Positions 14,037-27,559 of a stretch of 64,000 bases of DNA are shown piece after piece. Source of the DNA: Adineta vaga (lineage: Eukaryota > Animalia > Rotifera). Under the pieces are notes generated by a model. It was not told the DNA's origin. It searched no databases and saw only the letters and a list, made by a program, of their open reading frames with translations. Location: positions 8,246,001 to 8,310,000 of the forward strand of contig CP075496.1 in the NCBI GenBank assembly GCA_021613535.1, written 5' to 3'. How positions within the stretch are numbered: the first letter of the stretch is position 1; every line of letters starts with the position of its first letter. The translations under genes and the position numbers were made by a program.

Positions 14037-14295
14037 GACATGCAGACAAGGACAAAAACAACTAAATATGATGTTTCAGAAAATATATATATATATTTAT
14101 TCATTCATTCATTTTTTTAGAGTTCTCTTGTCTTCTCTGATTCATGAAGAAATTCAATTGGATAGTTTAGTCTTGCGACATCTATAAGTTATTTACCGAA
14201 CTTTGTAGAGAAGAAGTATTCCCATGATAATAAAATAGCTTCTATCATAACGACTCATCATTTAAAAGTCGAATCTTTGAAATATTTTCTTCTGT

Positions 14296-14309
14296 GTTGT
14301 CATGACGGC
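14296..14309. promoter_or_regulatory. Candidate RFX X-box upstream of CEP43
   Basis: GTTGTCATGACGGC has one mismatch to the RTHNYY-WT-RRNRAC X-box consensus and lies about 70 bp upstream of the ATG of a centrosomal/ciliary gene. Confidence 0.4.
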
Positions 14310-14381
14310 AAACTAAATCTTAACTAGACGAAAATATCTTGTCACTAAAAAAAAACGAGTTATAAGGTAACGGCGAATATA

Positions 14382-15819
14382 ATGAGTATCCCAACTGGTA
14401 CTTCCAATAGTGATGATCTTAGTGAACAACGTCTTAGTAATGAAGCTGAATTGCGTGAATTAGTGTGTCAATCTCTTGAAAATGATGGTATTTTAACACG
14501 TATTAAAGCTGAATTACGTGCTGCTGTATTTAAAACGATTGAAAAAGCAACGAATCCTATTTCGACAAATTCACATCCACCATCATACGATGGCATTACT
14601 GGTCGTATATGTCGTGCACTTGTTCTTGAATGGCTTGAACATTCACGATTATTATACACAGAAGATGTTTTAAAAGTAGAAACAACCGGTCCAAATCATC
14701 CACCACAATTGACACATGCTGAATTATTAGAACAACTTCATTTAAAACCAAATCAAAATCAATCACAACCACTTTTACATGTATTGATTCATCAAAGTAA
14801 AAATCCTCCGAAAGAAGTAATTAAACTAAAGATATGTCTTTTCAATCAAATAAAGAAAATCTTGTTTTTCTTTCTATATAGACTGTTTCAACAATAAATG
14901 CTCTTCCTGATTATATTGAACAATCAATTAATAATCAATTTCCTACCGAAAAAATTAATGATCTCAAACGATTACGTGAACATTTTCGTTCACTTTTTTC
15001 TTCTGCATTTGATGCCAATATATTAGATGTATTTCTAAATAAACACATGCCATCATCGACATCATCTTTTTCGAAACGTGAGTATGAAGAAATTTGTCTA
15101 CAATGGATGCAAGCATGTGCCAAAGCATTAGTACGACAAACTGAACCACCAAAACAAATTTCATCATTGTAAGTGATTAGTTATGGAAAGAACTTTTAAA
15201 TAATCTTCTTTCTTATTTTTTTAGAGTTTTTACTCAAATAATGAATTCAGAGAATATCGCCGATAATACTCACAGAATTACTCAAGCTGCTCGTTCAATT
15301 TCTCCTGCAAAAGAATCGAAATCTGCATCTTCATCATCAACGTCATCATCATCATCATCGTCTTCTTCATCAACATCACCAGATAATACTCGTAACAATC
15401 CTTTTACCTTTCCATTACCTACAACAATAGATACGCATAAAAGCGTTATTAAAAAAGTTACTGATATTGCTCCACCATCATTAATTAATTTTGATCAGAA
15501 TAGTAATAATGACGAAGATGATAATGATGACGATGAAGAAGATACATCAGCGTCGATCTTTTCAAAACGAAATGCTACAACTGCACAATTAAATCGTTTG
15601 GATACTATTAACCATATTGTTCAAGGTGATATAACTCCTCGAACACGAACAACTCTTCAAAAAGGTTCGAATAATGGTACAAAAAATCTTCCTATTGAAT
15701 ATGACGATGAAAGTATGAGTCAAAGTATTAGTCATAGTATAATTAGTAGTGTCGATGATATAACTGTTGATAAAGCTTCGACAAATGCTGCTAATATCGA
15801 TTTTCTCGAAGATTTTTAA
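14382..15819 (+). CDS. CEP43: Centrosomal protein 43 / FGFR1 oncogene partner-like (FOP dimerisation/LisH region), 3 exons
   Basis: ELRELVCQSLENDGILTRIKAELRAAVF..GRICRALVLEWLE..QPLLHVLI, followed by a Ser/acidic low-complexity tail ending IDFLEDF. Confidence 0.8.
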
Positions 15820-16597
15820 ACATATCCAACATATGAATTCTATTTTGTGAATCTTTTCTTTCCATTCTCTTTGTAGAGACTATGAAATTTGTCGTAGTCA
15901 ATTTTCATTTTTATAGACTTGTTTTTTCTACGAATATATGTTGAGTTATTTCCATACTACTATTTGCTTTCTGTTTCTTTTTACGAATATCATACGAACA
16001 AATTTCTCAGGCTCGAATTCATTTTATCGAATAAAACTTATTATGAAATACATTTCTTGTTATTGTTCTATACGACGAATTGAAGTTTCTCCTCGAATTT
16101 TAAGTAGAATAATAAGAAATAGATGTTGTTTTCAATTTTATACAACGAAGAAAAATCATTTGTACGATTTCTGTTTATTTTGAATTTAGTTTTGAAAAAG
16201 AATCGTATGAGATGGACGATGACTATTGGTTAAAAATCAGATTCTTTGCCTAGTTTTGAATGAAATGTATGATCTACAGAATTCTATTTAATATTCGAAT
16301 ATTATTCAAACATTTCTCATATTTTATTGACATTATTGTTAGTTTGTCTAAGAAGACATAACTAAAATTGAATTACTTTCTATCGTATAGTGTGTGAATA
16401 TACTTATTCAATAGAGTAAGCTAAGCAGAGTCAAAAGACACTCTTTTTATTGCCTTTTAGCTATTAAAAAAATACAACTCAGTAAAAGGAAAAAATAATT
16501 TATGATTATGTCTATAAATATCAATCAAATCAGATGACATAAATGGAAGAGATTATTGTTGAGATACATGTATCTATCAAAAGAATAACAAAAATAT

Positions 16598-18823
16598 TTA
16601 TCGACGTTTATTTTCAGTATCAGATGCACGATTCATCATTGCAAATAAATTCTCATCATCATCATCATCATCATCTTTTTTTCCTCGACGTGTTGGACGT
16701 TCATCCAGATCAAATTCTTGAGAAATATTGGAGAGATGAGCATTTGGATTACGCTAAAAGTTATAGATATTTATATATTATACAGATTTATGATTGAATT
16801 CAAAAACTTACTTTTGAAACATCGATCGTTACATCTTTATTCTTTGGCTTTTGATTTGTTGATGAATGTTGTGTATGTGATTGAATTCTAAGAAGTGAAA
16901 TATTTATATACAAATCAACAGATTAGAACTTAGAACGAACGGTGGTGGACGATAATCATCATCTTCTTCTTCCTCATCAAATAGTGATAATTTTACACGA
17001 CCAGACCGTGATGAGTTCCACTCATATTACTTCCAATCAGATCAGAAAGTAAATTCAATTGAGCAATCATTTTGGGATCAGGATTAATCATTTCCTAATG
17101 AGATTCAAAAACCAATACAAACTAATAAATATTACAAAATCATCTATGTACAATATCCGATGCAGCATTGACCATTGAAGTCGATTGACGAACCACTTCT
17201 TCACTAAGAATTGTTTGTTTGATACTTCTATTTTTCGAAAAACTTTCAAAACAAACAAAGAAAAATGAACTTTAGCCCTTCTATTTCATATCTTACATAT
17301 TCAAACCCAATTGAAAAGTACGTGTATCATCAGCTGGTTGATGTTTTTGATCAGCGTCAAATACATGAGTATTATTCAAACGACCTTTTGTATATGTTCT
17401 AAATATTAATTCAATGATAAATCTTTGTTATCAATACTATTATCAAACAAACCGAATTTCACCGGGTGGTTGAAAGCCAGTAGGAACAATACCATTTGTT
17501 TTCATAATAAATTGACCTTCTTGAGTTTGTAAATCTTCTCGAAGAAAAACAGAAACCTATGCAACATGGAAACTAGAAAGCGATATGTTTTATGAAATTT
17601 CATTTCATACTCGAATATGAATGTCTTGAAAGAAAAACAATGTTGTATCACGAATAAACAACCATTCAGCATCATTCAATCGTTCATAAAACTATAAAGA
17701 AATCAGTTATTCGAATTCAAAATAATAAGATTTACTTTATTAAAAGCAAGAAATGCTTTATCCAAAAGATCCAAAGCAGTAAAACTACGAACTAATTTGC
17801 GCATCGTATTAATATGATTATAAGTTACTTTAAGAATATCAGCTGCACATGGACAAAGCATTATTTGATATTTAACAGACATTGACATTAAATCATATAA
17901 CTAGAGAATAGAAATTTCAATAAATCAAAGAATATGAACAATCGATTTAATACCGACAAAAATAAACATGATATATGGTAGGAAAAATTACCAATCAACA
18001 GAAACTTGGAACACGCACTCATATACGTCATAAAATCTCATGAGAAATTCTCTTCAACATGTCTACTAAAGTATGTAATGTAAGTAGTATTGATCTATAG
18101 CTAAGAATTACATATTCTCCTTTGATACAAGATCAAACGTTTCTATTTTCTTTGTTTTGATTATTTTCCAACATTAGCATTGCGTACATTTTGATATATG
18201 GAGGTTAGTAATTTCAAAATTGAAATCTTCTTTTTTACTTGTTATCCAAGATTATTATCATCATTTCAAATCTGTAATGCACTCGTATCTCAATTGTGTC
18301 TGATAACTACATAAAACATAGATGTGATTTACATTATAACGTATGAATGAAAAAAACACATTTTTCATTTAGCTCAGTAATGTATAAGTTCTGTTATTAT
18401 CATTTGAGTAGTCGGAGAACCTTGTCGTTCTTAATCTCTTTCAAAATTTCTCTATCGAAAAAGAGATGATAAAAACAAATCCATAAGTATTACATACTTT
18501 ATCCATACTCGCTTCATTTAATTTCATAATACTCGTATGAGCTAATTTTTCAAAGATATGTTTCACTGCTTTTTTCGGATAAAGTTCTTGTGGTCGAAAA
18601 ATTTCTTCCAAAAATCGAGTATTAAACATTGATCCAACGATTTCATTAACCACTAAATAGAGCAATGAAATTCTAATCTCTAGTTTCTTCATCTTTCAAA
18701 TAATTGAATACCTTTAACAGATTTTTGATCTACTACTTCTTGAGCAGATAAACGTTGATCTAATATATAGATCATTTCTCCACCCATATTAAAGAAAATA
18801 ACCGGAAAACTTTTTAATGACAT
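16598..18823 (-). CDS. OSCP1: Organic solute carrier partner 1 (OSCP1/NOR1), multi-exon; apparent frameshift near 17014
   Basis: MSLKSFPVIFFNMGGEMIYILDQRL, FEKLAHTSIMKLNEASMDKLYDLM..VKYQ, TLFFFQDIHIRVSVFLR, LGLNM. Confidence 0.9.
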
Positions 18824-19362
18824 ATTCAAAATAATCGATAGATTTTTTGTACGAAAATAATCAAGAATTTCTCTCTCTCTTTCGTCGACCATCGATAAAT
18901 TTACCGTTGTGGTATTTCCTCTGTTATTGTATATTGATTCGAAATGAAAAGAGGGCGCCGTTACTCATGAAATTTTCCCTTCAAAAATGAGTTTTGATCT
19001 CTTTCCCTCTTCTGAACAAATGTATTTGTTCATTGATTCCTTTTTGTTTTTTTTTCAATTTGTAACACACAATATAAAATATTTCTGTAGTAACAAAGCG
19101 AACGAAGAAGAAAAAAACGAACAGAATATTTTACTATGAGACCATCTCAAATTGGTAGATGAGTGACGGAAGAAAGAAAGAGAAAAAAAAACGTATGACT
19201 TCAGCAGCATCAAAAATCAAACGGAGGCATAAGTCGAAAAAGATAGGATATATATAGATGTACTATCGAAAAAATACTAACGATGTGAAAAAAAACATTC
19301 ATTACTTTTCTTTAGATTAATCAAAAACATCTATTAATGATTATTTTATATCGATATGCACA

Positions 19363-21139
19363 ATGAGATTAACTATTCGTCATCTTTGTACAAAAATACG
19401 ACTTCGAAGACGTTTTTCTTTTATATTTTTAATAACTATACTTCTTCTTATGGTCTTTATTTTATTTATTATTGATTATAATCATCAACCGTTCGTTTCA
19501 TTACAAAATTCTGAACAAGAATTAACATTAACAACAACACAAAATGTTATTGTTAAAATTCTAACTAAAAATAGTCAAAAGTAAGATCGATAATGAGCAC
19601 CTAATGAGATATTGACATTGTCTTTGTCTATAGAACAGGATTATGGCCATTGGATGAGCAAGGCCGTTCGTTGAAAACAAATTTTCTCGTTCTTGACTCC
19701 ACCGGATTTTTCGGTTCTGGTGCAAGTGAAGGTGTTCAAGTGAATTGTCGTTCATCGAATACAACATTCATATGGACACGTCAACAGAATCGAATTGAAG
19801 AAATCGATTTTGTTATATCACATGATGCACGAGATGTAGATACTTTTCCGTTCAATAAAATTCATTTAAATAATGAACAGCAACAATATTCAATGGCATT
19901 TATTATGGAAAGTGAAGCACATTCATCCACGGGAAATGCTTGGAGTAATTATAATTTTAAAATGTCATACAATCTCGATGATAGTTATCCGGAACCAGCA
20001 ACATATTTTGATACGAATATCCATATTATGGATTTACTTAGACCATCGATAGTGAAATTTGAGGAAAAAGAAAAACAAGCGGATATTGTTTGGATTATTT
20101 CGAATTGTAATGTAAGTGACAAACGAAAAGAACAAGTTTCAATCATGATTACGAAATTTCTTTGTTATTTATTCTTATATAATCCACAATTCTCTTCACC
20201 TTTTCGTTATTGTTATTAGTATTAATGGATTAAGTTGAAAGTACACGTTCATTTAAATGAACAAAGATAAGATCTTAGAAGAATGGTCATCATCGGTAGA
20301 AGGATAGTAAAAATTCGATTTTTTAATAATAGATGAATTGCAAATGAGAGAGAGATAATGAAAGAAAGATCGTCGATTGTAAAAACAAAATTCATACGAC
20401 TAATATAACATATTTATCCGATCAAATGATTCTTAATTGTATCATATTTTAGGCACACAATGGTCGTGAAGGTTTTATCGAAGAATTAATGAAAGAAATT
20501 AAAATTGATTCATATGGTTCATGTTTGAATAATCGTCAAGGTTATGAAGATCGTATGGCTGAGAATGTTGATGCCTATACGAAATATAAGTTTGTTATTG
20601 CTATTGAAAATTCAAATTGTATAGATTATGTAACAGAAAAATTAGTTAAAGTTATCGAATCTGGTTCAATACCTATTGTTGCTGGTCGAACTAATCGACC
20701 TGATTATCGACGATTTATGCCTGATCATTCTTACATCAACATATTTGATTATCCAACAATAAAATCGCTTACTAATGATCTAAAACGTATTGGAAGTAAT
20801 CAGACTTTATATGAATCTTATTTATGGTTTAAAAAACATAAGATCAATATGAGATTATTTGCTAAACTTTCTTTAAATGAAAAATTGAAACAATTCGCTA
20901 ATGTGATCGGTTCAAATGCTACCATGATTCAAGATGGAATCGTACGAAAAGAAAAAGGTGAAAATAAAATTTGTAAACTTATACGATTTGTACGTCAAAT
21001 ACCTTGGCAAGAAATCGCAGCACATAATAGAACAGCTAGACCTGATGAAAACACGGCTTGTTTGCCTCAAAGAAGTATAATGACTCATTTTCAATTATCA
21101 CTATCTTCGAATAATAATCAAACGAAGAAGTTATCTTAA
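19363..21139 (+). CDS. Alpha-1,3-fucosyltransferase (GT10), type II membrane protein, 3 exons
   Basis: N-terminal TM anchor, MESE, WIISNC, IDSYGSC and the GT10 motif YKFVIAIENSNCIDYVTEKL. Confidence 0.9.
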
Positions 21140-21323
21140 AAATGATCTGTATCATTTTTCTTGTTCTTGATGATATTATTATTTTGTTTTCAATAAAAAC
21201 CAAAAGAAAATTGTTGATCTCTCGAAAACAATTATGAAGTAGTTGAATGTTAGAAAATAAGTGGGAGAGGTTTTATTTTTTTGAACTATTCTAATAAAAT
21301 AAATAATCTTTTACAAATTGAAT

Positions 21324-22405
21324 TCATGAATTAGGAAGAATTCTAACACTATCACCAGGATTACATAAGACCATAAGTAATTGCCAAGGAAATGGGGTTA
21401 ATTTTGGATCGACTCCAAGAACACATGTACTTTTCATCCGTTCATGATATAAACGCACTTCCATTTGATTACAATCAAGTGTAAGTTGTAATACATCGTT
21501 AGGTTGAATTTTATTGCTATTAAAATCGGTCTTCTTGCAACTACGACTGCAGCGTCCTTGTTCATAAGCTTGATTAGAACCAAACCATCCTACGGCACTA
21601 GGCAGACGAAAAGCATCTTCTTGTAAACTTATTTTCGATGCCATGCAACCAAAAAATATATAATAAGGTTGTTTACATTTTTCTAATCGAAATCGAATTG
21701 TATGAGAACCTCTTAAATAAAGTAATCGACCACGAACATATGCATAATCAGAAACTGGACTGGTATGGCGAGCAACAAAACCACCTTCTTCAAATCTGAC
21801 AGGTCCTAAACTTTGTAAGAAACGTTCTTGTAAAGTTGAATTCGGCTGATTTGATGATGTATCTTTTCGATTTGGTGAATTATTGTTCAGAGATTCATCA
21901 ATATGTAATTGCATGAGATAAATTGGATTGTTTTTATCTGGAACCAATTTTGCTGCTGGTGGAAATGTTACTTGTAATTCTAAATCTTTCAATTGTTTTT
22001 TCCATCGATCAAGATCATGTTCAGAGAAATCTCCGCTTCACGAGCAGAATGAAGATCATCAGTAATATCATCATACATTTTTGATAATGGTCCTTTTGCT
22101 TGATCAAGTAAATCTAATAAACTTCGTCGTGCACTTTCAGCAGCTATTTGAATCTTTAAAATCGAATCTTTTTCCCAACGATCAATTTTTTGTAAAAGAG
22201 AATTTTTTCTTGCCGATGGTTGTTCAATTTCTTGTTGAAGTAAATCGTGTTCTTGCATGATATTGTCTAATTTTGCAGCAAGTTCTTGTCGATGTTCAAT
22301 GACATGTTTACCACAAAATGTCTTCTGGCAACCATCACAAGTTAAAATTCCACCACTCTTATTACATGTAACACATTGTTTCTTGCCACCTGAGTTCGTA
22401 GTCAT
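21324..22405 (-). CDS. B-box/coiled-coil/SPRY-like protein, array copy 1 (one frameshift near 22032)
   Basis: CxxC-x7-CxxC-x4-CxxH-x3-H zinc motif, coiled coil and a C-terminal SPRY-like domain (IFFGC, VGWFG, DVLQLTLDC, PFPWQLL, GDSVRIL). Restoring 1 nt joins the two ORFs into a paralog-like protein. Confidence 0.75.
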
Positions 22406-22739
22406 TCTTATCGTTGAAATATTTTAATAAATGTGAATATGATACTTTCAAATGACCTTCTTTCCTTATTTTTTGAGCGAAACATTGAGAGAAGGAAATA
22501 GAAAAATATACCATTCACCGTAACAAATATGTTTCTACTACATGTAGTTAAGTAAAAATAATCAATATGAAATTGTTAGTATCGTATCACATGTTTTTTT
22601 CTTTGCATTCAAGGTAAAATATATGTGGAACTGATAGTACTGTTTTTTTTTCATATATGAAAACATAAGTTTAAGAATTCATATTCAAAGAAAAAAGTAT
22701 GTTTTTCTACACTATCTATAGACATACACATTATTTATT

Positions 22740-23020
22740 CAAAACAAAGCGTAACAAGTACCTAACATTCGAACACCCTCAAAATTTCTATGAAAAATAA
22801 TCATTAACAATCGACAAAGAAAAGATCGTTTGTTCATATTTACCTTCAATACAGTTTTTTTGTTAAATTATAATCGAAAGAGATCTGTAATACGACAACT
22901 TGTTAAATAAAGATGCCGACCTTGAACATATGCATAGTTTGATTTAGAACTAATATGTTTGGTTTGATAAACATCTTGTTCGATACTAATAGCATCTGAT
23001 AGTTGATCGAATCTTTCGTC
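22740..23020 (-). pseudogene. Relic of the SPRY-like domain (array copy 2), internally deleted
   Basis: ERFDQLSDAISIE..KHISSKSNYAYVQGRHLY and LKVNMNKRSFLCRLLMII..VRMLG align to the paralog domain. The middle of the domain and the B-box are missing. Confidence 0.7.
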
Positions 23021-23302
23021 CATTCTATTAGTTATGACTATGTTTACTAGAAAAAGACTGTTGACATCTAACACAAATCATAATACCTCGTTTGGTTTTA
23101 GTTGTTATAATTATAATCGTTTTTCTTTTTCAAATATGTAATTAAACGTAGCGGTCATATTATTTTTATTCAGAAATGATACGAAGAAAACGAAACATTT
23201 CATTATGTCTTACAAGAATAATTTCAGTTCAAAGTTGAGTGTTTACTAATTCATTCATAAGGTCAATGTATATTACGATTCATATCGTATTTGTTAAAAT
23301 AT

Positions 23303-24413
23303 TCATGCATCATTAAGCACTCTTACACAATCACCGCTACGAGATAAAACTACTAAAAGCTGCCAAGGGTAAGGTGTTTTATCAATGTTGACGTTGATAA
23401 TGTTTGTTTGGTTCGAACGTTCATTGAATAATAGTATTTGTTTTCGACCACAATTAAATATAAGACGTAATACATCGTTTGCTTTTATTTTACCACTATT
23501 ATGTCCATGCACTTTCGAATTACAACTACATGATCCATGTTCATATACCTGATTATATCCGAACCATCCAACAGAACTGGAGGAACGAAAAACGTCTTCT
23601 TGTAAAGCTACTTTGGATGACATACATCCAAAGAATATATGGTATGGTTCTTGAAACTTTTCGAGTTTGATTCGTATCATATGGCTACCATCTGAATACG
23701 TAGTCGACCACGAATATATGCGAAACTGGAAGTTAGACCAGCATGTATCACCCGGCTGCCGTTGTCGGCAATGAGAGCACTCCCTGAGGATTCATAAAAT
23801 GCTTCTCGTAGCAGAGTCCAAGAAGTAGGTTAATGACGCTGTACATGGCGATGGTGATGGTGACGAGCTATTTTTACTTGTCGATTGATTACTAGCCGCA
23901 TCTTTAATTTGTAACTTGATCAGATAAAGTGGTTCGCTTTCATCCGCCATCAATTTAGCAAATGATGGCGATTCAAGTTGTGCTGCAAGTTCTTTCAATT
24001 CTTTTCTCCATTTATCAAGATCATGTTCTCTGAAAAATCATCAGCTTCACGAGATGCGCGAAGCTTTCTGCAATGTCAGGAAATTTTTTTGCTAGTCGTT
24101 CTTTCGACTGTTCAAGTAATTCTTTTAAAGTTGTCCGAGCTGTTTCAGCAGCCATTTGAATTTTAGCAATTGAATATTTTTCCCAATGATCGATTCTCTC
24201 GAGCAGAGCATCTTTTTTTGATGAAGGTTGTAGCAGATCCTGTTGAAGTAAATCATGCTCTTGCATAATATTATCCAACTGTCCCGCAAGTTCTTGTCGA
24301 TGTTCGATAACATGTTTGCCACAAAAAGATTGTTGACATCCATCACAAATTAGAATACCACCACTTTTATTACATGTTACACATTGTTTTTTATTCATTG
24401 CACTAGCACTCAT
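23303..24413 (-). pseudogene. B-box/coiled-coil/SPRY-like gene, array copy 3 (about 4 frameshifts; pseudogene or assembly error)
   Basis: Full architecture is recoverable across frames, with indels near 24062, 24028, 23820 and 23700. Its N-terminus is nearly identical to copy 1 (KKQCVTCNKSGGIL). Confidence 0.65.
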
Positions 24414-24490
24414 TTTCGATTGTGTAAGATGAAAAGCTGGAAATCAGTGTTGTTTTTGTGCTTTAGAAATGAAAAGAAAGAAAGAAAGTA

Positions 24491-24640
24491 CACGTGGAGC
24501 ATATATAATGACGTCATTAATAGATTGAAGTTAACCATCATTAGTACTAAAAATGCGCACATATATTCACATACAATTTCAATTCGAGCAAAGTATACTC
24601 CGTGAGGAAAGCATCGATGTTTTTTGTAGCAATTACGTCA
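24491..24640. promoter_or_regulatory. Cluster of E-box, CRE and CRE/CEBP-like sites upstream of array copy 3
   Basis: CACGTG at 24491-24496, TGACGTCA at 24509-24516 and TTACGTCA at 24633-24640. Confidence 0.35.
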
Positions 24641-24780
24641 ATGATTTATCTGTAAGAAGAATCAATTGCGACTGTTTTTTTTCTTTCAACTCTCTATTAG
24701 CCAATAAAATGCCAAAATATTTTAATTTATTCAGTGAAATCAAAAGTATCAACAACTTTCATCAAAAAAAAGAAAAGAAT

Positions 24781-25872
24781 CTATAAATTTCCAAGCATTC
24801 TAACACAATCATTTTTATGAGACAAAATAACTAATAATCGCCATGAATAAGGAGTTTTGTTGATATCCACTTTCAATATATTGATTGTATTCAAACGTGG
24901 ATTAGATAAATGAATTTCATTTTTAATACAATCAAATTGAACATGTATCATATCGTTTTGTTCAATTGAATTACTTCTATAATGATATTTTTTACAATTA
25001 GTGCTACAACGTCCTTGTTCATATACTTGATTAAATCCAAACCAGCCGACGACATCAGGTAAATTAAGTAAATGTTCGCTCAACGCTGTTTGAGATGATT
25101 TACATCCAAAGAAAATATGATATGGTCGATTACATTTTTCAATTTGAAATCGAATTATATGACGACCTGTCGAATAAAGTAATTGACTTTGTATATATCC
25201 GTATTCAGAACTAGCAGATGTATGTTTGGCAATACAACCACCATTTTCCAAAGTGATAGGACCAAATACATTTAAGAATTTATCCTGGATCCGTGAATTT
25301 AACGATATTGTTGATGCAGAAGGTTGTTTATTGTCGACTGACTGATTTTTATTCGATTTCATTTTTTCATGTATAATTGAATGAGTGATGGATTTTTGGT
25401 CTTCTGTAATCTTAATTGAATATGGCAATAAACTTTGTGATTTTAATTGTGTTAATTGTTCTCTCCAATGAACAAGTTCATTTTCAGCATAATCATCAGC
25501 TTCACGAGATGTACAAATAGAGATAGCTATATCACGACATGTTTGTGCAAGTTTTTCTTTCGTTTGTTCAGTTAACTTTTTTAGATTCGTTCGAGAAGCT
25601 TCAGCTGCACATCGAATCTTTGCAATATATTCTTTTTCCCATTGATCGATTTTCTCAAAGGATGATTGATCTACTGATAATTCTGAAATTTTATGTTGAA
25701 TTAAATCATGTTCTTGTATGACAGTGTCCAATTGACCAGCTAATTCTTGTCGATGTTGAATCACATGTTTACCACAAAAGATACATTGACATCCATGACA
25801 TATTAAAATACCTGTACTTTTGTTACATGTTATACATAATGATTTGTTTGTTGCACTTGCATTTGCACTCAT
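24781..25872 (-). CDS. B-box/coiled-coil/SPRY-like protein, array copy 4 (intact, intronless)
   Basis: Continuous ORF. The likely start MSANAS at 25872 is chosen by paralog alignment. Confidence 0.85.
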   Translation of the reverse strand: MSANASATNKSLCITCNKSTGILICHGCQCIFCGKHVIQHRQELAGQLDTVIQEHDLIQHKISELSVDQSSFEKIDQWEKEYIAKIRCAAEASRTNLKKLTEQTKEKLAQTCRDIAISICTSREADDYAENELVHWREQLTQLKSQSLLPYSIKITEDQKSITHSIIHEKMKSNKNQSVDNKQPSASTISLNSRIQDKFLNVFGPITLENGGCIAKHTSASSEYGYIQSQLLYSTGRHIIRFQIEKCNRPYHIFFGCKSSQTALSEHLLNLPDVVGWFGFNQVYEQGRCSTNCKKYHYRSNSIEQNDMIHVQFDCIKNEIHLSNPRLNTINILKVDINKTPYSWRLLVILSHKNDCVRMLGNL

Positions 25873-26240
25873 ATTTGTTTGTTCGTTTTGAAATAAAAAG
25901 AATTCTTTTCTTTTAACTAATCCTCTGACTTTAATTGGAAATAGATATGGACGAATGAGACAGCAAAACGACACAAATGATTTTCTTAAATGAATCATCG
26001 AAATAAGGTTTCATCGATCGCATCGCACGCATCGTCTCCAGTGAATTGTTGAATAAGTAGAGAGAAATTTCATATGACAAATTCTGATATTTATTTAACG
26101 AACAGAGTACTAAAATACAACTATGATTGCCAATGGATTTTTCTTTTTCATTTCCATCGTCTATATCGAGCAGTTATTCCTACAAATTATTTTAGTACTC
26201 TGAATGATACATATTCGAACAAATCATCCAATAGGTAAAA

Positions 26241-27323
26241 TCATTTTCTAGGCAGAATTTTAATAGAATCATCTGGATGAGCTAATACCACTAAAAATTG
26301 CCAAGGCAACGGTGCTTTCTCAACATTAACTGCAAGTTTATATGTTTTGTTAATTCGTTCATGGTACAATGCAATTTGTCTTTTATTACAATCCAATGTT
26401 AAACATAAAATATCATTTGATTGAATTTCAGTACTATCATAACCATGTATGTTGACATGATTATTCCAGGTACCATGCTGATAGACTTCATTATGACCGA
26501 ACCATCCGATAGCAAAAGGTGAATTATAGTTGATTACTTTTGGCATTCGTTCCGATGATATACAGCCAAGAAAAATCATGTAAGGAGATGTACTATGAAG
26601 AATTTTAAATCGAATCCGATGACAACCTTGAGAATAGAGTTGTGTACCAATGACATGTCCATAGTCTAGTTCTGTACCAATATTTTTAGCAACCAAACCA
26701 TCATTTTCCACGGATACTGGATACGTTGCTTTAAGAAAACGTTCTTCTAAATCGGAATGTGATACTTTTCTTTTTCTATTAATGGTATTTGGAAGTTGTT
26801 TTTGAACAATTCGAATATTATGAATTGAAGATTGTTGATCTTGCATTAATTGAAGCGAATTGGATGATTGAATTTCTACTCGAAGATCATTCAATTGTTG
26901 TATCCATCGTTTTAAATCATTTTCTAGAAAATCATCAGCTTTATAAGATGCCTTTAAATCCAAAGCAATTGCACGAGATATTCTTGTAAATCGTCTCTTC
27001 GTTCTATCAAGAGTCTGTCTAACTTCATCTCGAACATTGTCTGCAATCGTTCTGATTTTCTGAATTGATTCTTGTTCCCATTTATTTATTTGACGTAAAT
27101 AAAAATATTCATTGGATGTTTTTTCAATATCTTGTCGAAGTAATTCATGATCATTCATAATATCTTCTAATTGATATGCAAGTTCTTGTCGATGTTTCAG
27201 AAGATGTCTCTCACAAAATTTTAATTGACAACCCTCACAATTCGATATCGTATGATTCTTACGACAAATAACACAATGTCTTGTTTCAACAACATTGTTA
27301 AGAAGAATTTTCGTTACCGGCAT
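26241..27323 (-). CDS. B-box/coiled-coil/SPRY-like protein, array copy 5 (intact, intronless)
   Basis: CVICRK..CEGCQLKFCERHLLKH, ADDFLENDL, IFLGC, IGWFG, LTLDC, PLPWQFL. Confidence 0.85.
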   Translation of the reverse strand: MPVTKILLNNVVETRHCVICRKNHTISNCEGCQLKFCERHLLKHRQELAYQLEDIMNDHELLRQDIEKTSNEYFYLRQINKWEQESIQKIRTIADNVRDEVRQTLDRTKRRFTRISRAIALDLKASYKADDFLENDLKRWIQQLNDLRVEIQSSNSLQLMQDQQSSIHNIRIVQKQLPNTINRKRKVSHSDLEERFLKATYPVSVENDGLVAKNIGTELDYGHVIGTQLYSQGCHRIRFKILHSTSPYMIFLGCISSERMPKVINYNSPFAIGWFGHNEVYQHGTWNNHVNIHGYDSTEIQSNDILCLTLDCNKRQIALYHERINKTYKLAVNVEKAPLPWQFLVVLAHPDDSIKILPRK

Positions 27324-27559
27324 GATGTTGAAATGAAGAAACAATTGGTTTTGTTTATGTCGCTATATTATAAAATAGTAAAAGAATTTGAAAAGCTTCT
27401 TTTCGATTAATTCCGCCGATCTATTGTTTTTTTGTTATACTTTATCAAATTGATTCTTGTAAAGTTTCAGAAGTTGAATATAGAAAAGATTATTTTAACA
27501 ATCATATTCAAAAAGAAACAAAATTGTTTTTAGATTTTATTACAAAATATTCTCAGATC

